The notes beneath the pieces are model-generated. The model was given only the letters and a program-made list of their open reading frames with translations. It ran no database searches and was not told the origin of the DNA. Shown here piece by piece: positions 53,959 to 64,000 of a DNA stretch of 64,000 nucleotides. The stretch is from positions 2,016,001 through 2,080,000 of the forward strand of contig CM000207.1 in assembly GCA_000002445.1 (NCBI GenBank), in the 5' to 3' direction. Positions within the stretch are counted from its first letter, which is position 1. The number at the start of each line of letters is the position of its first letter. Made by a program: the position numbers and the translations under genes. This DNA is from Trypanosoma brucei (lineage: Eukaryota).

Positions 53959-55570
53959 CTCACAGCCTTTTAAAAGATAAAATTTCCCCCTCAATTCGTT
54001 TTTTTGTTTTCCTCCTCCTTCCTGTTTCCTTACCTTTGTGTGTGTGTGTGTGTGTTATCTGTTGGTGTTACTGCAAGCACGCTTTGATCAACTACTATCT
54101 GCCTCTGCCTCTGCCTCTTCTTGTCTTTTCTTCCCCTTCCTTCTCTTCTGTTGTTGTTTCCTACTGTCAAAACAGACTGTAAAACAAAAGTCTTTCAACA
54201 CTAAACGAATATGCTACCGAAAACACTTCAACACTGCAAATCTAATTTTTTTTAAAAATGATTCCTCCAAAATGTCAAAAACAAAAGCATATATAAACAT
54301 ATATATATACATGTTCATGTACGCATAAGGAAGCGAGAAGGAAGGAGCAATAAAGTTAAAATATCACAAAAGTGTGCAATCCACATGTTTAAAGAAATTA
54401 TATATATATATATTAATCACGTACTCTCCGTTGGTTGCACAGCGAAAGTCTGGAAACACCAGCAAACTGGCAGCAGCGCATAAGATACTGCGACGTAATT
54501 TAACAAAGATAACTTTTACCGCCATCCTTGGTGAATAATATAATCCTTTAATGGAGAATGAGTTGCAATACTTTCTTTTTCTTCCTTTTTTTTAAAAAAA
54601 AAGGAGCAAAAAATATAATAAATAGGCGGTTCGGCATTTCTATGGAATCGCCCACACGCTTTCATATTTAATTTTACCTTTTCCTTCTTTTTTTTTTGTT
54701 TGCTGTTAACTAACAAGCATCAGCGAGGTATCTATCTACTTGAAAAACTAATACACTAATACATATACCGCCTGCAATAATTTAGTATATAATATAATGT
54801 TACCAATAGGAGACAAGAAAAATGGGGAGAAAAAAGAAAGAAAGAAAAAGGATCCGAAAAAGTGGTGCGGCAACAGTGGTGAGAACAATAATAATAATAA
54901 TAATAGTGGAAAGTAAAAGGTTTATACTTCAATATCCTTCACATAAGATAAAAAGGAATAAAGCGGAGCCGATGGGTGAAATGGAGGGTGTTGGGTGGAA
55001 AATGAGTAAAGTTTTTTTTATAAAAAAAATTAATTATTTGATAAAACGAAACAACAATAGATAAGAATTTTGTTATCACCGTCAATAGCCAACGAAAACG
55101 ACAAATCACCAGGGCAAACAAGAATATCATCAAAACATAATCATCAATGAAACAACGGGAATTGATAAAAAGAAGAAGATATATATATATATTTTTTTGT
55201 GAAACAATAATACTGATCGGAGGGGGAAAAAAAGAAAATTCTACACCCCGCAAGGAGTCGCGTAAACATAAGTACAACAGAACACAATTATTAATTATTT
55301 ATCAGAAGCGCCTTTTTTTTACTAATTACTGTATATCATAACAAAAACGAAATTACGCCTCCGAATAAATATAGAAGTATAGGAACAACAATTTTACATC
55401 CATCAGTCAAACAAAATGAAATATCTAAAATACTGAAGAGAAGAGAAAGTAGAGGTAGAAAAAAAACAAAAGAAAAACGGGTTGCAACCACACTTATATA
55501 CAATATTCTCAAATAAAAATATACAAATGTACATATATATTTTTTTATATATATTTATATATTTATTTAA

Positions 55571-55601
<31 letters not shown>

Positions 55602-56770
55602 TATGTTTGTGTTACTTACTCTTCATGAAGGGGGGAAGAGGGGGAGAAATGTGAAGTTAAGCCACACCTCCACTCCTCTCTTCTTCTCTGTCCCGCACTC
55701 CCCCTTATATGCTGATTTGTTCTGTTCATTATATTTATATTTTATACTTTTTACCGTATAATATTGTTTTTTTTTTAATATTATTATTATTATTACTTAT
55801 TACTTATTATCATTTTGTATCCCTATCTCTCTGAAGGGAAATACGTAGAAGTTAAGAGAAGGGAGAAACCGTTTTTTTTTTTTCTCTTCCCACACATATA
55901 TATACACACACACAAATAACAACAACAAAACACAGCCAGAACAGAACAAAGCACAGCACATCACAGCAGAACAAAACAAAACAAAACGGACCAAAATACG
56001 AAGAAAAGAAAAAATGGAAATGCCCAACGCGAGAAGAGGAAGACAAAACAAAAACAAAAATGAAGTCACAAACGTGAGAAAATTTGTTGAAAGAGACGGA
56101 GTTTTTAAAAGGAAAAAAAAGAAGAATGAGGAGGAGGGGAGGGGAGGGGGGAATAAATGTTAAAGCAAAAAGTGGCAAAATATGATATGATATTTAAAAA
56201 ATGGGGGAAAGAGAAAGGTAATTATACATAACAATAAACAGAGGCATATAAATGTGAATGTGAATATGAATATGAATGTGGTACCGAGAAAGGAAGAAAT
56301 TAAAAAGTTGAAACATAAAAACAGAAGAAGAAAAAAGGAACGTAAAATTCATTCCGTCCACAAAGGGCAAACTAACTCGTGCAGGAGCACTTTTTATTTA
56401 TGTGTGTTTATGTGTGTGTGTTTGTGCTTGTATGTATGTAAGTTTATTCTCTTTTTACAAACCTTTGCTATATATTTTTTTCCTTAGCTTTTCCTATGCT
56501 TCCTCACCCCCACCATACACACACGCCCACACACCAACCCCCCACAAAAAAAAAAAAAAATCGCCTCCTTCTCATTCATTTGCCTCAGCTCAATTCATTT
56601 CGTACACAAACATGTAAATATATAAACATATATATTTACATATTAAATTATTATTTATTTACTTATTTTCATAAAGTTATAACAAAAAAAAAGCCCTCAT
56701 ATGAAAACGCGTTAACGTCATCCCCATTTCTTCCATTTATACCCAGTTGTTCTTTTTCTCTCCCTTTCTC

Positions 56771-56776
56771 ACACAT

Positions 56777-56822
<46 letters not shown>
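56771..56822. repeat. Compound (AC)n(AT)n microsatellite
   Basis: acacatacacacacacacacacacatatatatatatatatatatatatatat. Confidence 0.9.
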
Positions 56823-56825
<3 letters not shown>

Positions 56826-57183
56826 CCGTCAAGCAGGAGAGAGGGGGAAGAAAGAAAAAAAAAAGATAAACAAAAAGTGAAAGCAAAAATAAAAATAAAA
56901 GTGAAGCTTAATTCTTTTTTTAAAAAAAAAAAAGAAATTAAACAAATAAACCACCCAATTCATTCATTCATTCAGTGGCAAAAGGATAACCCAATTACAT
57001 ATAACATATGGAATATAATATATAATATATAATGCGAATGAACGGGTAGTAATGGCATGTGACTGTGTATATATGTGCAAAAATCAATGAGCGAAAACAA
57101 CTGAGTAAAAAAAAAAGAAAAAAATGAATGAGTGACGAGTAATGGGAGGGGGATAGAAAAAGGAGCGGTAATAACAATACAAT

Positions 57184-57220
57184 AGTAATAATAATAATTA
57201 TTATTATTATTATTACTATT
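57184..57220. repeat. (TAA)n(TTA)n palindromic trinucleotide repeat
   Basis: agtaataataataattattattattattattactatt, which is self-complementary and could form a hairpin or cruciform. Confidence 0.85.
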
Positions 57221-58529
57221 GGAAGAAAAAGAAAAAGAGACAATAATGAAAGGACAACAAAGAGCATACGCGAGGGAAGATGAAAAAGAAAGAAAGAATA
57301 AAAAATGAATAACTCCGTGCTATTCTATGCAAAAAAAATAAAATAAAATAAAATAAGAAAACAAAATATTAATATTAATAAACGCACTAATAAATAATCA
57401 ATTAAAGAAAAGGGAAGGAAAAAAAAAGAATCACAATTTTCTTCTTTTCTTTATTACTTACCTTTTCTTCACTCATTTCTCTTTGCTTCCTCACTTTTGT
57501 TTTTCTTTTTGCTTCTTCCTTCACTTCTGCTGCTTCATTTCCCGCACACACAAACGCACACACAAAAAAACACATCATCTTCAGAATCAGCAGCAGCACT
57601 AGCACCAAAATAGAAATCAATCAACAAAAAAAATTCTTTCCCCCTCCTCCTTATTTGATTTTATCTCTCATTTTATTATTTTATTTTATTTTTTTTAAAA
57701 AAAAGAACACACAAACTCAAGCGGATAAAAACCATCTCATCTACCATTAAATCCCCTCTTCCACTTCAACAACTTCATCCTTATAATTTTTTTTCTTTTT
57801 TTTTTGTACCTCTTCATTTGTTTCATTTATTCATATTCCATTTCTCCGCTTTTAGATTTTTATTCCCCCTAATTTCTCCTCTTAAAGAAAAAGAGAAGAA
57901 AAAAAAGTGAAATGAATCTAACACTATTCATTGGTTCGATACTCCACTAATCCCATTTTATTTTTTATTTTTTTTTTTTCGGTGGCATGTAAGACACAGG
58001 AATAAACAAACAGAGGATATTAATGTCTTGCTTTTATTGTTTCTCTCTTTAGAAACGATTTTTTTTTGTTTTACCAAAAGATAAAACGAAAGATCAAAAA
58101 ATTTTTTAACAAAAAAAAAAAAGAACATCATGAAGCCAAAAAAAAAAAAAGAAACTGCTACAACGGAAAAGAGAAAAAAAAGATAAAGAGAAAAAGTTAA
58201 AGAAGGTAAAATGCGTACACGTCGCACAAAATAGCCAAGACGGACGTTAAATCACTTTCTCTTCCACTACGACACGAAATCAGACAAACGTGTGATATGA
58301 AAACGAAGAATTGAAAACACAAACATAAACATACGCATACAAAACACCCACCAAACCTCTTCTTAACAAATTGAAATAGCCGACAACGACATTTAAGGGA
58401 GGGGGGAAGCAGCAAAGTAACGCAAACTAACACAAACAGTAACAGAAACATTAAATACAAAAACACAATTCACCCAACCACACACAAATGTCTCCCCCTT
58501 CTTCCCAACCCCTCCATCATTATCATTCT

Positions 58530-59981
58530 TCAAAAAAAAGTTGGTTCAACCTGAGGTACCTCTGCATAAAAGAGAATATACGCCTTCTCAAGTTCTTGCA
58601 TTACATCGACAGACCGCGAAGGTGTAATTGCTCCATCATTACAAAGGTACCACTCGCCAAACGCCACACGCACATAACTTGTGTAATGTCCAGACATCTC
58701 CGTACCGCTATGCATCAATACGCCATACAAACTATATCGCAATGATTTCTCCCCACCTGTCATGAAGGTTTCGGGGTATATGACATTTACAAGATTCTTC
58801 TTCCCATACTCGTCAAATCGTTTCAAATGCAAGACTAATAACTTTGGCCATTGCCTCACGACAACACATCGGCTTCCCGAGCGAAGGCGTTTGCATCGTG
58901 AGCAGTAAATACGATTACTTCCATCCATTTTCTCCGCTTTACCTTCCACAAAGTTAGCCTGAAGAATGGCCTCAAGATTGGCACCAAATGGCATTTCGTG
59001 TCCTATAGGTAATGAAAGATCCAAAAACGCTTCAAAGGTCCTTGAAGAATTTTCGCAGCTGTTACAGAAACAAGTCCCAAGCGTGGTTCCCCCAAAGAGA
59101 TCGTAAATGGGAGATTTGTCGAAACATGCGAACTGATCACGCCACATCCCGAACGCTGTCTCCTCATCCTCCTTGCCAACATAACCCATATCATCAATGT
59201 GCAACTTAGCGCGAGGTGCGGTATTGATTTCATTGTGCACTACCGAAAGGAAGGTTCTAAGAAACTCATGCGCATCCGCTTGAGTGAAATCCTTAAATTC
59301 ATCATTGTACTTCGCTGCTTCGGATTTGAAGGTAACGAGAAATTCCTTTGGGTCCCCTTCCGACATCCTAAAGAAGTTCAGCATCGCCGCCGCTGCCGGA
59401 TGTGATTCAGCATTCAACTGGCACTGCTCTAAGGCGAGAGCCAACGACGGGCTCTGTCGAAGACACTGCACCACCGAATTCATATAACATGTGTTACCTA
59501 AATTTGGAAGCGGAATTGGCAGTGGCCACATGACATGTTTTGGCAACGCCGAAACACGGATGTGCGGCCTAGGCACCTCTAGATGAACATCAAATTCGAC
59601 TGAAGGCGGGCGTGGGATTCTATCTTTCCTAATCGGACTAGTCGGTCGACTACGGGACGGCCGCCGGGTGTTTCCACGCGCCAGCTGAAGATCCGCCAAC
59701 GAAAACAACTGAGAGTCAGTTGTGTCAGTCCGCTGCAATGTACTTTTCTCACGTGGGAGTGCAGTACTATCGGTTACGGCAGTGTGCCGGGGGTATAAAT
59801 GCGGCAGTTGATGTTCCGACACCTGTGACACCACCGCAGGGACAACACCGGGAATCTCCGCACGCATCAGAAATAACCCCCCACCACACCACACCCGTCG
59901 TTTGTTGCGTTGGTAATGCCGTGCACGAGGGCAGATGGAACAGAAACGGTAGTGGTAGGGACTTCTACGAAAGACGAACAA
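58530..59981 (-). CDS. Ubiquitin carboxyl-terminal hydrolase (USP/UBP, peptidase C19)
   Basis: The Cys box GNTCYMNSVVQCL and the His box GHYTSYVRVAFGEWYLCNDGAI are both present. The true start may be an internal Met, because the N-terminus is Arg/Cys-rich and atypical. Confidence 0.8.
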   Translation of the reverse strand: MFVFRRSPYHYRFCSICPRARHYQRNKRRVWCGGGLFLMRAEIPGVVPAVVSQVSEHQLPHLYPRHTAVTDSTALPREKSTLQRTDTTDSQLFSLADLQLARGNTRRPSRSRPTSPIRKDRIPRPPSVEFDVHLEVPRPHIRVSALPKHVMWPLPIPLPNLGNTCYMNSVVQCLRQSPSLALALEQCQLNAESHPAAAAMLNFFRMSEGDPKEFLVTFKSEAAKYNDEFKDFTQADAHEFLRTFLSVVHNEINTAPRAKLHIDDMGYVGKEDEETAFGMWRDQFACFDKSPIYDLFGGTTLGTCFCNSCENSSRTFEAFLDLSLPIGHEMPFGANLEAILQANFVEGKAEKMDGSNRIYCSRCKRLRSGSRCVVVRQWPKLLVLHLKRFDEYGKKNLVNVIYPETFMTGGEKSLRYSLYGVLMHSGTEMSGHYTSYVRVAFGEWYLCNDGAITPSRSVDVMQELEKAYILFYAEVPQVEPTFF

Positions 59982-61330
59982 AAGGAGCCCCAGTAATGGA
60001 AGATTTTCTCGTTGCCACTCCTCTCACTTGGGTTGAAGAGCAGCAGTGACACAACCAACTACACACACACACAGACGCACAGGTAGACAAACACACACGA
60101 ACCGCAGGTGAGTTCCACAACGCACGAGGTACACACAACCTTCACCGATTTCCCAAATTTCCCCCTTCCCCCAATTCTACCTTCTCTGCTTCCTCTTTTC
60201 TTTCGCCACTTCTCCTTTTGTGTGTGTGTGTGTGCGTGTGTGTGTGTGTCGCAATCAACGGATGCCCCAAGTCAGGTTGAGGGCTCCGTCTGTACTATTA
60301 CTAAAGTGCTTGACACGGTGAAAGTGTGTCCGTAGACGGTCAGGTCAACTCCTCTTGGAGGGTCTGGTTCCCCCTATCTTCCGCTTAATGAGAACCTTCC
60401 CCTTGTAAAGCAAACATAATAATGATAGTGAAGAGGAAAAGGAAGAAGAAAAGAGAAGAGGATCAGTGACCTAGTTGGCTGGTTGGTGTGATACATTTCC
60501 CCACGTCCTTCCCTTCATCCAAGGAATACACCCAACATATGTGCATGTATGCATGTATATATACAAGTGCAGTGAAAGGGCAACAGTCATGCACACGTTT
60601 ATGTGTCTAATATTATACACACCCGAAAACAGAGGGGGTGCTTGAGTAATGAGAGGAGCAAAGACAACACTTTAACCATATCTTCGTAGGTATGTAAAGA
60701 TATATGTAATCTCATATATGCATCCCTGTGCTTTCGCACATGTTATTGTGGCGTTGCCGTGAAAAAAAAAAATTTTAAAAAAGATACTTACCGGAGCCAG
60801 AAAAGGTACAATCAAATGCAGAAAACAGGAGCACACACAAATATATGCCCTGACACGAACGGAGGAAACACTATATACATGGGGCACATATGTGTGATTA
60901 CCATTTACGTAAACAGAGGTGGACACCATGGTGAAAACAGCTACACTAATTTTATTGAATCAATGTTTTGTTTTCGTTTCCACACCTCACTCTTCTAAAC
61001 ATCGGTATTGGACAGTTGGGACGTAGTTCTGCTTCTCATAATATGAAACCTGCGAACCTTAGAACTGCTTTCTCCAAAACACCCTATTGCTGCTGTTGTC
61101 GCTTTTTTGTGTGTCAACTTTGCCGTTTTATTTTTTTCCCACAATCTCATGCCGGACATGAAGCTACGCGAAGGCAGAACCACGATCTACTGTGAGAGAC
61201 AACCATGCGAGGAAGGGAATGAAGCCTTGAAACCACAGGAAAGACATGATTAGCAGCTCCATTCAACCCATTTTTCCCTCTTGCGTCCTCTATTTCTTTT
61301 CTTTCTCTAGTTATTACTCTCCCGCTCCCG

Positions 61331-63994
61331 TTATGTCGCCGGACTCCACATGCGTAACATCGTTAACCGGCCCGTCGGGTCACCAATTACCACCGCCGCG
61401 GCCTTATCGCTAGGCTCTGTAGCCACATCCCAAGCAGTAATTTCACATTCATGAACAAACTCAGCATCAGCCACGCCTTCTATGACCTCATCTTCAGGTT
61501 CTTCTTCCATTAGTTCAATGCTCTCTCCTTGCATTTCATCTACAGTGTCATCGTCAGGCACGGGAAAGGGCATATGCTTCCTTGGAAGCACCCAAAACTT
61601 CAACTGCTTGTCGTTGCCCAAGGCGAAAATGCCATCGTCACCCCACTTGAAGCGTAACCCGCTCACAGTGGGTAAAGCGGAATAGCGGAATGCGCTGAAG
61701 TGATTTGTTGGCGTCACCGTGAGAACATCCACAGCCGCATCTCCAACTTGTCGTATCCGTGACCACGGAAGACGGTAGACTGCAACGGATCCATCTTCAA
61801 GCCCGGCCGCCACCATCCGCTCATTTGAGGAGAGTTGATACACTACGTGATTGCAAGAGCTCACCAATACGGCCACTTCCCGCCCCGCTTCCACATCGCA
61901 CAACCGCAGTTGCCGGGGTGGTGGCAAATGTCCGCTGGCTGTTGGAGGGAATGGTGCTGGGTAAAGAAGAAAGTGGGTACAGGAGCGAATCATCTTTCCG
62001 GATTCTACGCTGAAGGGAAGGCTAAAGGTTCTCTCCTTTTCGAAGGCATTGCGTGCAGTACTCAATTGCCACATTATTACAACATTGTGACAAACACTGT
62101 AGAATATTTCGTCCTCGGACCTATGCGGCAACACGGTAGTGAAGCCTCGTATCCTGTTGATGTCTGCCATCTCGCATTTTTCCAAGAAATGGCGCTGATC
62201 CACATCCAGTACAACAGAAGTTTTTTCTGTGTCGTAAGCGCGAAGGTAGAGATCCTCAGTGGTTACTAAGTAGAAACGGCCACGGGCAGAGAAGGCCACA
62301 GAAGTCAGTGGTGCTCCAAAAGTGCCGCCATCGCACCGGGAGACGATGTTCATCTCCGCACTGTCATAGATTAGTAACGTACGGTCGTGACAAACTGTGG
62401 CGTGGTAAGCTCCCGTTTCGCACCACAATAAACTTTCCACAGCAGACGGCGAGCGCCTCACCTGCACTTCTACAGCACCCGTAACAGGATGTACCGCGCA
62501 GATACTGCGATCGGCACTAGCGGTGATAATACGTTTACCGCGTGAGGGAATGCAGCAAGCGGTAATCGTCCTCTGATGAATTTGTTTTTTCGCTGAAAGG
62601 GCCATAGTGGTGAAAAACGATAGGCGGCGCTGGCGGAGTGGGCAGGTGATGGTTAGCATTTGAGTAACGTACGCTCTCGCATCCATTGAAACGTATGGGT
62701 ACCGGTTTCCACTTTCAATCGCTGTCCCAACCACCAGGTGTGGATACTTGGTTAATTTTGAGTTATACTGCCGCAAAAAGTATATGTAGTCGCGTAGACG
62801 AAGAATTGATGTTGGTTTCTGGCGGGTGGTTACATCAACATCTTCGTCGAATGTATATTCACCAACTTCATAGGACTCATGGAAGGAATTAAAGGCACTG
62901 ATGAGCTCCCTTACCAGATGGTAACCGAGTGAATTACGGTATACAACCATCAAATAGGGCATGGTTAGCACGACGCGGTGTATGACGTGAGCTTCCTGCG
63001 CCTCCACAGCGTGGTACGGTAGTTCCTTTACCGCCGTTCGCTCGAACGGATTTGTTGATGATAGTCCAAGAAGCACCTCCCCTTTCTCACGCCCAAGAAC
63101 CTCGTGCACCACATCATGATAACAACGCAGCAGCATACCGTGCCACACCTTGTAATCGCTCTCGCTTCCCTCCTCCAGAACATCTTCGCGTTTAATCAGC
63201 TCGCGGAACGCGCGTGATCGTATACAGACACGAACGTTAAGAGCGTTTCCACCTTCTGTTCCAATGTTACATACTGTGCCACTGTAAATCAAGGGCCTCA
63301 TCATGCGAATTAAGCGGTTAAAACGCGTGCAGGTCAACTGTAACATGGCACGCAGTTGGGGTTCATGAATACCCCATCGGGAACAAACGAGCAAACGCGT
63401 GCACTTTCGGATAAGGGCCGTGCCAAAGCTATCGTTCAGTTTGTCATAGACCTGTTGCACCATACCATCAACTGTGCCGGGTAGTGAAACCTTTATTGCA
63501 TGTGTCCCCAGACCAGGTGCCTCATTAAAACTGCGTAGCACATCTACAACCTGTAAAACATACTCTGGGCACAGTGCTTGCTCCTTCTGACGAATCAACA
63601 TAAAGTCATCGTCCGACAGGGTCACACCAATTCTTCCCATGACCTCAGGTCGAAGCATATCATCAAAATCATTAGGCGTCATGTTACCCACTGGGAGGAA
63701 CTCTACGCTGTCTTTGCCACGTGTTTGTAATTGTTTGTACAGTGTGGAATCCGTCTCACATCCCAACACCAGTCGTACGTTGCGGGACAAACAATACGGC
63801 AAACAAGCGAAAGCACCAGGTCGTAGAGCTGGCGCTTCCCAAACGTCTTTCCCAGTTTTCTCGCACATCCTTAGTGCCGTGCACGGTTCTACGGGCGCAA
63901 TGACATTATCTATTCCATCTAGAATAACAACAGTAATAACTTTTTCATTTCCATCGGACTTAGCATCGCCGTTGCCGTTAAGTTGCTCAGCCAT
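61331..63994 (-). CDS. Hypothetical WD40/beta-propeller repeat protein
   Basis: The 887-aa ORF has C-terminal WD-like repeats (DGSVAVYRL, LKFWVLP) and an acidic tail. The ATG is 6 nt from the window edge, so the gene may be complete or may extend beyond. Confidence 0.55.
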   Translation of the reverse strand: MAEQLNGNGDAKSDGNEKVITVVILDGIDNVIAPVEPCTALRMCEKTGKDVWEAPALRPGAFACLPYCLSRNVRLVLGCETDSTLYKQLQTRGKDSVEFLPVGNMTPNDFDDMLRPEVMGRIGVTLSDDDFMLIRQKEQALCPEYVLQVVDVLRSFNEAPGLGTHAIKVSLPGTVDGMVQQVYDKLNDSFGTALIRKCTRLLVCSRWGIHEPQLRAMLQLTCTRFNRLIRMMRPLIYSGTVCNIGTEGGNALNVRVCIRSRAFRELIKREDVLEEGSESDYKVWHGMLLRCYHDVVHEVLGREKGEVLLGLSSTNPFERTAVKELPYHAVEAQEAHVIHRVVLTMPYLMVVYRNSLGYHLVRELISAFNSFHESYEVGEYTFDEDVDVTTRQKPTSILRLRDYIYFLRQYNSKLTKYPHLVVGTAIESGNRYPYVSMDARAYVTQMLTITCPLRQRRLSFFTTMALSAKKQIHQRTITACCIPSRGKRIITASADRSICAVHPVTGAVEVQVRRSPSAVESLLWCETGAYHATVCHDRTLLIYDSAEMNIVSRCDGGTFGAPLTSVAFSARGRFYLVTTEDLYLRAYDTEKTSVVLDVDQRHFLEKCEMADINRIRGFTTVLPHRSEDEIFYSVCHNVVIMWQLSTARNAFEKERTFSLPFSVESGKMIRSCTHFLLYPAPFPPTASGHLPPPRQLRLCDVEAGREVAVLVSSCNHVVYQLSSNERMVAAGLEDGSVAVYRLPWSRIRQVGDAAVDVLTVTPTNHFSAFRYSALPTVSGLRFKWGDDGIFALGNDKQLKFWVLPRKHMPFPVPDDDTVDEMQGESIELMEEEPEDEVIEGVADAEFVHECEITAWDVATEPSDKAAAVVIGDPTGRLTMLRMWSPAT

Positions 63995-64000
63995 CTTTCC

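Noticed and set aside
56496-57032. ORFs of 60 to 190 aa inside AT-rich low-complexity intergenic DNA (e.g. 56496..57032, 43849..44418, 51721..52203, 52349..52749)
   Set aside because: The translations are homopolymeric or repeat-driven (poly-F/L/K, CVCVCV). They arise from microsatellites and poly-pyrimidine tracts, not genes.
1-64000. A physical cluster of ubiquitin-system genes (BTB/KCTD adaptor, RING E3, HECT E3, USP) as a possible functional module
   Set aside because: The genes are spread over 60 kb and interleaved with unrelated housekeeping genes. Kinetoplastid polycistrons are not functionally organised, so this is most likely coincidence.
1-64000. Prokaryotic-style features: CRISPR arrays, defence islands, operons, phage or IS elements
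   Set aside because: The sequence is eukaryotic (kinetoplastid). No direct-repeat/spacer arrays, no IS-like terminal inverted repeats and no bacterial gene signatures were seen.
1-64000. Spliced-leader RNA, 5S rRNA, rRNA or snRNA genes
   Set aside because: I scanned for the SL exon sequence, 5S and U-snRNA hallmark strings and found none. Only the single tRNA-Gly was convincing.

Overview
The window looks like a kinetoplastid (trypanosomatid) nuclear chromosome segment, most like an African-trypanosome-type genome. The evidence is intron-less genes packed into long same-strand arrays, polypyrimidine tracts with downstream AG ahead of start codons, AT/GT-rich low-complexity intergenic DNA, and the protein homologies listed below. 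Two polycistronic units converge. Plus-strand genes run from the window start to about 13.8 kb: a BTB/KCTD protein, HSBP1, an ankyrin-repeat protein, several hypotheticals, a PHD-like zinc-finger protein and a NIF/FCP1 phosphatase. Minus-strand genes run from about 19.5 kb to the window end: NADPH-P450 reductase, an RRM protein, a CS-domain protein, a RING E3, IER3IP1/Yos1, an FHA protein, p115/Uso1, a Nop53-like protein, a large HECT E3, a PX-BAR sorting nexin, a USP deubiquitinase and a WD40 protein. Between the arrays is a convergent strand-switch region of about 5.5 kb with no confident gene. A tRNA-Gly(GCC) gene with a T5 Pol III terminator sits on the plus strand at 20843..20913, just inside the end of the minus-strand array. 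I found no prokaryotic-style defence system, CRISPR array, rRNA or spliced-leader gene. The most noteworthy items are the strand-switch region and its orphan ORFs, the tRNA and GC-rich blocks beside it, a candidate small acidic surface protein, several unannotated small genes, and unusually long AT-rich 3' intergenic regions.
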